A stretch of DNA of 64,000 nt from Vulcanimicrobiota bacterium (GCA_963714015.1 OY970223.1:1312001-1376000); one strand, 5' to 3'. Shown: positions 19,432 through 29,377, numbered from the stretch's first letter. The notes: generated from the letters alone by a model not told the origin. Made by a program: numbers and translations.

Positions 19432-21876
19432 ATGCGACCGAGTTACGACGCACAGCACAACGAATTTTGCGCTTACGTCTTGCCCGAAGCGCAGACTCCG
19501 TACGGGCTCTTGCTCGGAAACTTCAAATCGTTCGCACAATCCACCGCCAAGGGCGGCGTTCGCGGACTTTGGGACGCCGATACCGATCAGATTATCTTCG
19601 GCACGCACCAGATCGCTTACCGTCTGCGAGATCTGAACCAAACAGTCTTTCCGCATCAGATCACGCGCGAGTTCACATTCCTTCCGTATGCGCAGATCTC
19701 CGAGTTCACGCTTGCAGATCGCGTGCACGTAACGGAGGCGTTCTTCGTGCCGCACGGCCCGAAGCACGATCGCGTCGTAACGTTCGTCGTCGACGTGACG
19801 CTCTACAATCCCGGCGGATCGCCCATCGAGGTTGCAATGTTCCCGTGGGCGCTTCTCGTGGGTCAGCGCTTCTACGGAGAGCCGGAGCACGAAGTGCGCG
19901 CCTGGGTTGACGGTGATTTCATCTGCTCGAAGAACCAGCAGACCGGCGCGGAGCGCTGGTGGGGCGGCTCTCGCGCGCCGTACGGCGGAATCGTCGGCTT
20001 ACGCGAGCAGGTCATGCTGCATCACATGCGCACCGGATCGCTGCGGCCCGAAGAGCATCTCGACGAAGTTACGCCGCAACTGGCCGAATGCGTGAGCCGG
20101 CGCATCTTCGGCGCATTCGAGTACCGTATCGCCGTGGCGCCGGGTGCGCGCGAGTCGTTCCGTCTCGCGGTCGTATATCACAAGGACGGTCGAGACAAGT
20201 CGCGGCCGGTGCTCGAGCAGCTGCTGCACGATCCGAAAGCGCTGCACGAGACGCAGCGGTACTTCGCCGGCAAGCTCGCCGACGCCCGATTTCTTTGCCC
20301 CTCGGCTGCCGTGAGCCGCGGCGTCGTCTGGGCGAAAGCGAACATGCTGCGCATCGTTAAGGAGTACCCGAACGGCTGGGGATCGACCAACTCCCCGCCT
20401 TCGGACATTCTGGTTTCGCGCGATACGTCATGGTTCGTGCACGGTTTCGACTACTTTTTGCCGCAGTTCAGCCGCGACGCGATCGAGGTCTTCAACAACT
20501 TCGTCGAAGAGACCGGTGAGATGATCGAATACGTTCGCGGGGTGAGCGGTTTCAAGACCTCGTACGATCTAAACATCAACGACGATACCCCGCTGCATCT
20601 GATCGCTATGCTGCATCACTACAATGCTACGCTGGACGATCAGTGGGTGAGGCAGTGGTTTCCGCTGATTTGCCGGATCGCGGACTACATGCTCACGCAA
20701 AAGGACAACAACGGTCTGCTGTTCTGCCGCGCCAGCGGCGTCGACATGTTCGGCATAAGTTCGTGGCGCAACATCATTCCGTACTACACGCTCGACGGCG
20801 CGGTAACGGAGATCAACGCTGAAGGCGTTTTCGCGTTGGAAGCGGCCGCGATGCTCTCCGCAGTCGTCGGCGACAACGAGCGCTGGCACCGGTACTCGAG
20901 CGAAGCGCAAGCGCTTCGCCAAGCGATGATGCAGTACATGTTCAACGACGACACCGGCGCGTTCGTGTTGAACTACGATCAAGATCAAAATTATCAGGAC
21001 AACTTTACGGCCGACGAAGTATTCCCGGTGCTCTTCGAGGTTGCGGGCCCCGACGAGCGGATAAAGATTCTGGAACGGCTTTGCGAAGCCGACTTCATAA
21101 CGCCCGTTGGTTTGCGCACGATTTCCACGGCGGATTCGTGGTACTTCCCCTCGCACGGCTTCGGCCTTTTGGGCGGTGTTTGGCCGGATCTGACGCTGTG
21201 GTTCGTCGTTTCGCTCGCGCGTAACGGGCGCATCGATGCCGCCGTGCATTGGATGGAAGCCATCTACGACACGATGGAAGCCGGCGCGGTGCGCAATACT
21301 GTTCCCGGTGAATTCGGCGAATGGTTCGACGGCGGATCGCTGACCAACCGCGGGATGTACCTCTCGCCCTGGACGAGTGCAAAATATTTGTGGGCCGTTG
21401 CGGAGACGATCGGCGGACTGGACGGCTATCGTACGAGCGGAAGGCCGCATCTCGTGCCCTTGCGTCCGTCCGGCTGGAAATGGGTCGCGGGCGCCCGCGT
21501 CCATTGGGGCGGTAAGCTCTGCACGTACGTCATCGATTTTCAGCGCAACCTGATTTACGGAAACATGCCCGAGCTCTCCGCGGAGGAGCCGTTCGTGTGC
21601 ATGTTCGCGGGAACCGACGTCAGTGATGAGGTCATCGCCTCGCCCGTGGAAGTCGGTGCGGTCGCGTTCGAAGACGACGAGGGAGCGGTGCGGGTCTTCG
21701 CGTGCAACCTCAACGATCAGGCGCGAAGCGTCTCGCTCGAGTTCCGGGGCGCCGTCGAAAAAGTCTCGCTGGCTGCCGGCGAGATGCGCGAGGTTCATTT
21801 GGTCGGCAAGCCGGCGGAGCGCCAGGCTCGCGCCGCGGCCAGGGACGTGGCGCCGCAGGCGTTGGAGCGCGTCTAA
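19432..21876 (+). CDS. Large cytoplasmic (alpha/alpha)6 glycoside hydrolase, amylo-alpha-1,6-glucosidase-like
   Basis: SRDTSW, DDTPLH, DGAVTEINA, TPVGLRT, GGVWP, GEWF motifs; no signal peptide. Confidence 0.7.
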   Translation: MRPSYDAQHNEFCAYVLPEAQTPYGLLLGNFKSFAQSTAKGGVRGLWDADTDQIIFGTHQIAYRLRDLNQTVFPHQITREFTFLPYAQISEFTLADRVHVTEAFFVPHGPKHDRVVTFVVDVTLYNPGGSPIEVAMFPWALLVGQRFYGEPEHEVRAWVDGDFICSKNQQTGAERWWGGSRAPYGGIVGLREQVMLHHMRTGSLRPEEHLDEVTPQLAECVSRRIFGAFEYRIAVAPGARESFRLAVVYHKDGRDKSRPVLEQLLHDPKALHETQRYFAGKLADARFLCPSAAVSRGVVWAKANMLRIVKEYPNGWGSTNSPPSDILVSRDTSWFVHGFDYFLPQFSRDAIEVFNNFVEETGEMIEYVRGVSGFKTSYDLNINDDTPLHLIAMLHHYNATLDDQWVRQWFPLICRIADYMLTQKDNNGLLFCRASGVDMFGISSWRNIIPYYTLDGAVTEINAEGVFALEAAAMLSAVVGDNERWHRYSSEAQALRQAMMQYMFNDDTGAFVLNYDQDQNYQDNFTADEVFPVLFEVAGPDERIKILERLCEADFITPVGLRTISTADSWYFPSHGFGLLGGVWPDLTLWFVVSLARNGRIDAAVHWMEAIYDTMEAGAVRNTVPGEFGEWFDGGSLTNRGMYLSPWTSAKYLWAVAETIGGLDGYRTSGRPHLVPLRPSGWKWVAGARVHWGGKLCTYVIDFQRNLIYGNMPELSAEEPFVCMFAGTDVSDEVIASPVEVGAVAFEDDEGAVRVFACNLNDQARSVSLEFRGAVEKVSLAAGEMREVHLVGKPAERQARAAARDVAPQALERV

Positions 21877-21894
21877 ACGTAAGAGCACTCTCCC

Positions 21895-22365
21895 GTGCTC
21901 GACCCGACGAAACGTTTTCTCACCGCGATCTTGGCGCTGGGCATCATCGCCCTAATCGTCGGCATTGCTTTGGGTGAGCGCGCCGGCGATCGCGTGATCG
22001 GGCAAGTCACCGAGAAACGTTTGAACAGCATCGCGCCCATAACCGTTACACCTGCGCCGCCCCAGCAGAGCACCGCGCCGTACGGTCCGGACTGGAAACG
22101 GACCAGCGTGATGTCGGCGGCCTCGGACCCGATGTTTCCCGATCCGCGAGTACCGCCCAAGGCGCTGCCTACTCCGGCTCCGACGCCGAAGTACAAGCCG
22201 ACGGCTCCTCCGGCGGCTTCGCCGGAAGCTACGGCGACGCCGAATCTGAATCTGCCGATCTGGCGCCGGAATGCCCCGCTTCCTACCCCGACGCCTACTC
22301 CGGTCCCGGGTCCGAGCCTATTGCCGAACGGAGAACCGGTGGGCGAGCCCTCGACCCAGCCTTAG
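21895..22365 (+). CDS. Membrane-anchored Pro/Thr-rich hypothetical protein
   Basis: N-terminal TM helix, PTP repeats. Confidence 0.6.
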   Translation: MLDPTKRFLTAILALGIIALIVGIALGERAGDRVIGQVTEKRLNSIAPITVTPAPPQQSTAPYGPDWKRTSVMSAASDPMFPDPRVPPKALPTPAPTPKYKPTAPPAASPEATATPNLNLPIWRRNAPLPTPTPTPVPGPSLLPNGEPVGEPSTQP

Positions 22366-22484
22366 AGAGCGCAAGCTCCCTCGTTCGCAACCCGGACCGG
22401 CCGCAGGCGAGTTGTCCCCAATGTTCCCATTGGATTTGCCTGATATGATGGGATCACAACCGAAACATTTGAGGAGAATCGATC

Positions 22485-23384
22485 GTGGCCGAGGCGGCAA
22501 CCGGAACGACTACAGTAAAACGCGGGCTTGCGCAGATGCTTAAAGGCGGTGTCATCATGGATGTCGTCACCCCCGAACAAGCCGTCATCGCGCAAGAGGC
22601 GGGCGCCGTTGCGGTCATGGCCCTCGAGCGAATCCCCGCGGACATCCGCGCGATGGGCGGCGTCGCGCGCATGAGTAATCTCGAGCTGGTTCAGTCGATT
22701 ATGGACGCAGTCACGATTCCGGTCATGGCAAAAGTTCGCATCGGTCATTTTGCCGAGGCTCAAGCATTGCAAGAACTCGGCGTCGATTTCATCGACGAAT
22801 CGGAAGTGCTCACGCCCGCCGACGACAAGTACCACGTCGAAAAGCGCAAATACACGACGCCGTTCGTCTGCGGCGCGCGCGACCTCGGCGAAGCGCTCCG
22901 CCGTATCGCCGAAGGCGCTGCGATGATTCGCAGCAAGGGTGAAGCAGGCAGCGGCAACATCGTCGAGGCGGTGCGTCACATTCGCGCCATCACGGATTCG
23001 ATCAAAGAACTCACCGTCGTCCCGCATGAAGAACTGGTTGCGCGCGCCCGCGACATCGGCGCGCCCCTGGAGCTGGTTCAAGACGTTGCCGCGAACGGCC
23101 GTTTGCCCGTCGTGCTTTTCTGTGCGGGCGGCGTCTCGACGCCGGCCGATGCCGCGCTCATGATGCAGCTCGGCGCCGAGGGCATCTTCGTCGGAAGCGG
23201 CATCTTCAAGTCGAACAACCCCGCAAAGTTTGCAAAAGCCATCGTGGATGCGACGACACACTTCGGCGATCCCAAAGTGATCGTCGACGCGAGTAAGTCG
23301 CTCGGGAAAGAGGCTCAGGCAATGGAAGGGATCGACCTGCGCAAACTGCACGAATCGGAGCTCCTTGCGCCCCGCGGCAATTGA
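22485..23384 (+). CDS. pdxS: PLP synthase lyase subunit
   Basis: [41 protein letters not shown]. Confidence 0.98.
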   Translation: MAEAATGTTTVKRGLAQMLKGGVIMDVVTPEQAVIAQEAGAVAVMALERIPADIRAMGGVARMSNLELVQSIMDAVTIPVMAKVRIGHFAEAQALQELGVDFIDESEVLTPADDKYHVEKRKYTTPFVCGARDLGEALRRIAEGAAMIRSKGEAGSGNIVEAVRHIRAITDSIKELTVVPHEELVARARDIGAPLELVQDVAANGRLPVVLFCAGGVSTPADAALMMQLGAEGIFVGSGIFKSNNPAKFAKAIVDATTHFGDPKVIVDASKSLGKEAQAMEGIDLRKLHESELLAPRGN

Positions 23385-23417
23385 CCCGGCGTTGCGCGGC
23401 GGAAGGGGTTGCTCGCT

Positions 23418-24035
23418 GTGACGAAGCCTGACGTCGGTGTGCTCGCACTGCAAGGCGACGTCGAAGAGCATATCGCTGCGATGCGCCGCGCCGGCGCCGA
23501 AGCGTTCGCAGTCAAGACGCATGCGGATCTCGAGCGCGCGGCGGGTCTCATCATTCCGGGCGGTGAGTCGACGACCGTAATGAAGCTGCTCGATCGCTTC
23601 GGCCTGGCCGCGCCGATCGCCGAGCGTGCCGGCTCCGGCATGCCGCTTTGGGGAACGTGCATGGGGATGATCGTCCTCGCTCACGAGGTGGTTGGACTGG
23701 CGCAGCCGACGCTCGACCTTATCGACATTTCGGTGCGACGCAACGCGTTCGGACGGCAGAACGATTCGGCGGAGGTCGACCTGCAAATTCCGGCGCTTGG
23801 GCAGCCGCCCTTTCCAGCGATATTCATCCGGGCTCCATGGATCGAACGGACCGGAAAAGACGTGAGTTTGCTGGCGCAGCGCAAGGGTCACGGGGTAATG
23901 GTGCGCCATGGCAACGTGCTGGGTACGTCGTTTCACCCGGAACTTACCGCCGACGCGCGCGTGCACGCCTATTTTTTGAACATGGTTCGCGAAGCCGGGG
24001 GCCGCAACGTAGGGAAGCAGCGAGAGGTCGCATAA
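23418..24035 (+). CDS. pdxT: PLP synthase glutaminase subunit
   Basis: GVLALQG, PGGESTT, GTC.G, RNAFGRQ, FIRAP, FHPEL. Confidence 0.97.
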   Translation: MTKPDVGVLALQGDVEEHIAAMRRAGAEAFAVKTHADLERAAGLIIPGGESTTVMKLLDRFGLAAPIAERAGSGMPLWGTCMGMIVLAHEVVGLAQPTLDLIDISVRRNAFGRQNDSAEVDLQIPALGQPPFPAIFIRAPWIERTGKDVSLLAQRKGHGVMVRHGNVLGTSFHPELTADARVHAYFLNMVREAGGRNVGKQREVA

Positions 24036-24048
24036 GTCTCGGACTACT

Positions 24049-24336
24049 ATGAGTTCGCAGGCTCCCACATGGGATCCGGAAACGATGGGCGATCAGATAC
24101 CTCCGATCGAGGTGCTGGTCACCGACGTGATTGCGCGGCTCGCGCTTGCAGCGCACGTCTACCTCAGCGATGTTGAAGAGATGCAGCCTGATTTGGGCTC
24201 CGCCGAAATGGCCATCGACGTGGCGAGTTCGGCCTTCGAACGGGTGAAAGAAAGGCTGAGGCCGGAAGAACGGTTGGCAATAACCCAATTGCTGACCGAA
24301 ACCCGAATGGCGTTCGTGAGGAAGCGAGGTTTATGA
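24049..24336 (+). CDS. Small helical hypothetical protein (DUF1844-like)
   Basis: DL..AEMAID and L.ETRMAFV pattern. Confidence 0.5.
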   Translation: MSSQAPTWDPETMGDQIPPIEVLVTDVIARLALAAHVYLSDVEEMQPDLGSAEMAIDVASSAFERVKERLRPEERLAITQLLTETRMAFVRKRGL

Positions 24337-24370
24337 TGCCTCGCTTTTCTTCATTTTTGGGAGGTTGTTT

Positions 24371-24901
24371 TTGAGCGACGTCTTGGTGCTGAACTTCACC
24401 TACGAGGCGCTGAACATCACCAACTTTCAGCGCGCCGTCAAATTGATTTTCGCCGGCAAGGCGGAGCTCGTCCACGGGCAAGAGCGCGTCATTTGCTCGA
24501 CGACGTTCGAGATGCGCATGCCGTCGATCATCCGCATGCTGTATTACATAAAGCGTCCGATGCAAAAGGTCGCGTTGACCAAGAAGAACATCCTGATCCG
24601 CGATGACCACACGTGCCAATACTGCGGACTGCGCGGCGATCGGTTCATGACCGTTGATCACGTGTTGCCCCGAAGCAAAGGCGGCCCCTCGACCTGGGAA
24701 AATTTGGCCTGCGCCTGCATGCGCTGCAACAACCGCAAGAACAATCGCACGCCCGACGACGCCAACATGAAGCTCAAGCGTAAACCGCGTCAGCCCAAGT
24801 ACATTCCGTGGATTCAGGTCAAGCGCAACACGCTTCCGGACGAGTGGCACAAGTTCTTATTCCTTTACAACGTTTCGATCGACGAACGGGTCGAGAGTTG
24901 A
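24371..24901 (+). CDS. HNH endonuclease (McrA-like, Zn-binding)
   Basis: VLVLN..YE, RD.HTCQYCG, TVDHVLPRSKGG, WENL.CAC..CN..K. Confidence 0.92.
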   Translation: MSDVLVLNFTYEALNITNFQRAVKLIFAGKAELVHGQERVICSTTFEMRMPSIIRMLYYIKRPMQKVALTKKNILIRDDHTCQYCGLRGDRFMTVDHVLPRSKGGPSTWENLACACMRCNNRKNNRTPDDANMKLKRKPRQPKYIPWIQVKRNTLPDEWHKFLFLYNVSIDERVES

Positions 24902-24927
24902 CCGGCTCGCGTTTTTGAGACGCGTCA

Positions 24928-25996
24928 ATGCAAGAACTTGCCGTTCCGAACGTCTACGCTTGGTCGCGCCGTCAGCCCGATCGCAAGATCTATTTCAATA
25001 GCTACCTCCTCCTGTCGCCCCAAGGCAACGTAGCGATCGATCCGCTTCCGCTCGAGCCTGACGACGCCGATCAGATTGGGACACTCGGCGGAATCGCACA
25101 GATTGCGGTCACGAACCGCGACCATGTCCGCGACGCCGCAACGCTGCGCGAACGATTTGGGGCGCGGGTCGTTTCTTCGCAGGCCGAGGCTGCGCTGCTG
25201 GGTATTCCGGTGGATCGCGTCGTCGCCGACGGCGAAGAACTCATTGCGGGCGCGAAAGTCGTCGCTCTGAAACATCAAAAGACCGCGGGCGAATTTGCCG
25301 TTCACCTGCCATCATCACGAACCGTATTGGTCGGCGATGCCGTCATTGGGACGCCCGCAGGCTCCTTGTCGCTTCTTCCGGACCAGAAGTATGAAAGCGT
25401 TACAAATGCCGTGCTTGCGCTGCGGCGCCTGTGGTCGCTTCAACCCGAGGTGTTGCTGGTCGGGGACGGCACGTCGCTCTGGAGCGGGGCGACGCGCGCC
25501 ATCGGCAGATTACTCCTCGAACGCGCGGGCATCGCCGCCAACCGCATCAACCTGGATGAGTTGGAATATCAATATTTCGAAGCTGAAAGACGGCAAATAT
25601 CGATCGCACGACGCTGAGGTCGGGTTCTTTATCGGAGCGGAGCGGATCGGCTATCAGGTCGTGAAGCTGCCGCCGGGCGCGCGCTTCTGCCCGGTGCACG
25701 CCGAGTATAGCGAAGAAGAACTCTTTTTGGTGCTCGGCGGAACGCCGTCAATACGCACGCCGGTCGAGACGCTCGAGTGTCGAACGGGAGATTTCATCGC
25801 CTTCCCGGTAGGTCCCGATCACGCGCATCAAGTCCTCAATGAAAGCTCGGCCGAGGCGACGATTCTGCTGCTCGGGCAAAACAAGGCCGACGCCGTCACG
25901 CATTATCCCGAGTCCGACAAAGTGCTCGTGTCCACTCCGCAAGTGCGCTGGCTGGTCCGCAAAGCACCGCTGCTCGATTACTACGAAGGAGAGTAG
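24928..25996 (+). CDS. MBL-fold plus cupin fusion protein (frameshift near 25585)
   Basis: N-terminal AIDP, TNRDHVRD, VLVGDA; C-terminal H.E.SEEELFLVL.G, AH.V.N, YPESDK. Confidence 0.7.
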
Positions 25997-26005
25997 CGCA
26001 GACCG

Positions 26006-27795
26006 TCAGACTCCACTGACGGCCTGCGCTTGCGTTTGAGAGCCCTCGAAATGGGCCTCGATTTCTTCGAGCGTCTTGCCTTTGCTCTCGGGCATGAAGA
26101 ACGCCGCGGTCACGAAGTAGATTACGGTAAACGCCGCAAACGCAAAGAACATAACGGCGTATCCGTGGCGCGCGACAGTCGGTAGGAATATGGCCGCGAT
26201 CGTCGTGGACGTAGCTTGGTTCAGCACCAGTGCGATGCTCATCCCGTTCGAGCGAATTCGCGTCGGCAGCAGCTCGGACATCGCCAGCCACACGACGACG
26301 CCGGGGCCCACGGCGTAGAAACCCATGAACAGGTACAGCATTACGGCCACGAGCCAGCCGTTTGCCGCGCTCGGAACGGGCGTGACGAATGCGGCGTCGA
26401 TCGTCAGCGGCGCCTTTCTCGCCGCCTCCAAGCTGCTCGTGTTGAAGTTCTCAAAAAACGCTTCGATCTGACTGCCCGGCAAGAACGAGCGATCGATCGT
26501 GACGGACGGAGTGGTCTTGTCGTCGGATCGAACCGTGTTCGTGGCCGTGCCGTAGCTGCCATAGCGATAGACTACGGTTAATGTCTGGGGCTGACCGTTC
26601 GAAGACTTGCCGGCGCTTGCTAAGAGTTTGCCGGCCGTCGCCTGGTCGAATCTGAACGTTGCGGTCTGATTGCCTTTCATCATGGCTTGCACGGCGCGCG
26701 AGACGTCGACGTGCTGCGCTTCAGTGCGATGAAAGATGATGCCGGTCGCAATCATCGACAAAATGATGCCGCCCGTTCCGAGCGTGAGTAAGAACTTGCG
26801 GCCCTTGCGGTCGACCAGGATCACGGCGATCAGGGTCACCAAGAAATTCACCCAGCTGAAGATAAAGCTGCCGAAGTGCGCCCAGTAATCGTTCAGGCCG
26901 GCTTGGAGAAGTATCGTCGTATTGTACGGGATGATCGAGTTGATTCCGGTGAGCTGATTGCAGGTAAGGATCACGCACGCGATGACGAACGGAATCACGT
27001 ACTTGCGGCGCATCAGTGACGCGCGGACTTGAGACCCCGCTGAAGCTCGCTGGGCGCTCTCCGCAGCCGACGTCGCCTCCATCTCGGCGAGCTCGCTCCG
27101 GGCCTGCCGTTCGTCGCGCGACCGAAGCAGGGCGGCAAGCGCGGCGTTCTTGTTTCCGCGCCGGAACAACCATCGAGGCGACTCCGCCAAGAAGAAACCG
27201 CCCACGACAAATAAGATGCCGAAGGGCAGCGATATCCAAAATGTTTCCCGCCACGCGTGATCTTTGAACGCAAAGACGTGCGCCGCGTTTCCGCTCGCCG
27301 AAACGGCTGCGAGCCGATTGCTCAAATACAGCGTGATGAGACTGGAGACCACGAAGCCGAACGTCAACAGCCACTGGAACATGCCGGTGCCCTTGCCGCG
27401 ATCTTTGGCGCTCAAACATTCGGCCAAATAGAGCGGCACGACCACGCCGATGAGTCCGGCACTCATGCCTTGCAAGAGCCGCCCGGCTACGAGTTCGTTG
27501 AATCCGTGTGAAAGCGCGATGATCGGAACGCTGGCGCAGAACATGATCGCGGTGACGATCATCAGCCACTTGCGGCCGAACCAGTCGGAAAGCAAGCCGG
27601 CAAAGAGCGTGGAGAGGACGCTGCCGAGCAGCACCGCCGCTACGACAATCGAAAGCTGTCCCGGCGAGAAGCCCGACGTTGCCGTCAGATAAGGCAGCGC
27701 GCCTTGAATGATTCCGACGTCGATGCCGTACAGCAAGCCGCCGAGTCCGGCGACGAGCAGCAAGAGGCGGTTGTACGTGATTCTATTCGTGGCCG
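26006..27795 (-). CDS. Sugar porter family MFS transporter with large soluble loop (start region frameshifted)
   Basis: GGLLYGIDVG, DWFGRK, YLAE, ESPRW, QLTGIN, DRKGRK, PESKGKTLEEI. Confidence 0.93.
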
Positions 27796-27809
27796 TGACC
27801 CCTCAATAG

Positions 27810-27848
27810 AAAAACAAAGCCAGTCCGGGTCGTCCGACCCTACTGGCT
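27810..27848 (-). promoter_or_regulatory. Leader hairpin plus U-tract, copy 1
   Basis: agccagt-a-gggtc-ggac-gaccc-gg-actggct-ttgttttt directly before the GAGGGG SD of the sugar porter. Confidence 0.7.
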
Positions 27849-27910
27849 AGGAGACAAACGATTCGTTCGCCCGCAAGCAAACCCTTTGTCATTTGCGCGG
27901 CGCGTGTACT

Positions 27911-29059
27911 CTACGGCTGCAGCGTATTGAGCAGCGAGTTTTGCGCGTCGTCCTCGCCGAGCACCCAGAACATCGTCCCTCGAAGATGCTGCGCGCGAGC
28001 AAAGGCGGCTTTGATCGCCATCGATCGCGGATCGTCGTAACTGAAGAAGACGTGTTCGCGCGCGTTGTAAATCCACGGCGCCTGCGCAGTGTCGCTCCAG
28101 TGCTTCTGCCAAGCCGGGTTCGTGAGCATCTTGCTCTTTACCGCCGCATAGGGCGTTTCGTCGAAGATGCCGTTGAATCTCGAGTACAGTCCAGCGTTTT
28201 TGGACGCAACGTTGCGGAATCCGCGGCCGTAGAACGCCATTCCGAGCACGATCTTGTCCGCGGGTACGCCGTGCGCCTCGAAGTATTTCACCGCGCCGGA
28301 GAGGTTGTTCCAGCGCCGCTCCAGCCCGGGCGTCGGGTCGTTGGGGTCCGGATATAGCGGGTCGTTGAAATTGCTGTACGGTGAAAAGATGTTGTTCATG
28401 TCGTACGTCATCACGTCGATCCAGTCGACGGTGCGCGCGACTGCGGCAAGATCATAGCTGTTCCTGGGGTCGTACGGGCCGCCGGTCTGCCACCGGCCGG
28501 CCGGGATCGCAATGGTCAAGTAATACCGGCGATGCGTGCGCGAACTCAAGGCGTGGAGCTGCGAGCGAATCTCGCGAAGCAGCGCCGTCGCGTCCGAGCG
28601 ATCCTGCGGCCGGTTGTGCATGATCGTGTCGCCGCCGTGCACGGGAAACTCCCAGTCGATGTCTATCCCTTCGAGATCCTGACCGGCGACGTATTGCTGA
28701 ATGCACGTGCGCGCAAAAGCGGCACGCGAGGCTGGCGTCAGCGCAACGTCCGAGTAGTTCGGGGCCGCACCCCAACCGCCGATCGAAAGCGTCACGTGCA
28801 GGTTCGGATGCGCCGCGCGCAAGGCACGCAACTGCGCAAAATCAGCGCGCTGCTTGGCCGAAGGAGCGTGACAGGTGTTATCTGCCGCCGGTTCGGCAAA
28901 GGCATAGATGACGTTCGTGAGCTCCGCCGCCGGTATCTTCGCAACCGGGATCTCACCGGAGTAGTAGCCCGCCACAACGGGTTCTGCGCGGACCGGCGGC
29001 GTCGCCGCGCACGTCAGGAATGCGAGGAGAGCGGCGATTGCCGCGACTGATCTTTGCAT
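27911..29059 (-). CDS. Secreted GH18 chitinase
   Basis: Signal peptide; SIGGW, GIDIDWEFP catalytic DxDxE, MTYD, FYGR, SYDD. Confidence 0.95.
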   Translation of the reverse strand: MQRSVAAIAALLAFLTCAATPPVRAEPVVAGYYSGEIPVAKIPAAELTNVIYAFAEPAADNTCHAPSAKQRADFAQLRALRAAHPNLHVTLSIGGWGAAPNYSDVALTPASRAAFARTCIQQYVAGQDLEGIDIDWEFPVHGGDTIMHNRPQDRSDATALLREIRSQLHALSSRTHRRYYLTIAIPAGRWQTGGPYDPRNSYDLAAVARTVDWIDVMTYDMNNIFSPYSNFNDPLYPDPNDPTPGLERRWNNLSGAVKYFEAHGVPADKIVLGMAFYGRGFRNVASKNAGLYSRFNGIFDETPYAAVKSKMLTNPAWQKHWSDTAQAPWIYNAREHVFFSYDDPRSMAIKAAFARAQHLRGTMFWVLGEDDAQNSLLNTLQP

Positions 29060-29124
29060 CGTTATGCCGCTCCTGAGGCGTGCCGAGTTTTGCGAACCGG
29101 CTTCGCCGCCGATCGCGAACATCA

Positions 29125-29153
29125 TTGACGACGCGAGCGAGACCGTGTACGAT
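29125..29153 (+). promoter_or_regulatory. Sigma70-type promoter
   Basis: TTGACG-17 nt-TACGAT. Confidence 0.65.
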
Positions 29154-29161
29154 GTAACGCA

Positions 29162-29201
29162 AGCCAGTAGGGACGGACGCCCCGGACTGGCTTTTATTTT
29201 T
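29162..29201 (+). promoter_or_regulatory. Leader hairpin plus U-tract, copy 2
   Basis: agccagt-a-gggac-ggac-gcccc-gg-actggct-tttattttt; 29/31 identical to copy 1. Confidence 0.7.
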
Positions 29202-29377
29202 GCCGAGTTCTTCGTAGAATTTGCGGAGGGACGTATGCTTTGGAGCCTCGGTTTGGGCTCGAGCGGTCAAGCCGACATTTCGGTATCGCCCGCAACGACC
29301 GGGACGTACTAGCTTCCAGCCGTGTGCAGCAACCGCGCGCCCATCCATCTCCGGATGGGTGAGCGCTGCCGGAGAAC

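Noticed and set aside
20569..24068. Long antisense ORFs (20569-21888, 22362-24068; also 59009-60445 and others)
   Set aside because: Shadow ORFs opposite well-supported genes, expected at high GC.
24371..24901. HNH protein as homing endonuclease, IscB or defence system
   Set aside because: Typical short stand-alone HNH; no RuvC motifs, intron, methylase or flanking element ends.
27818..27848. Guanidine-II riboswitch or glmS ribozyme
   Set aside because: Only one hairpin; ACGR is not kept at the equivalent position in copy 2; no glmS core sequence.
28953..29348. Minus-strand 131-aa ORF and plus-strand 82-aa ORF between GH18 and cutC
   Set aside because: They run across the promoter and hairpin element, have no recognisable motif and overlap the chitinase start region.
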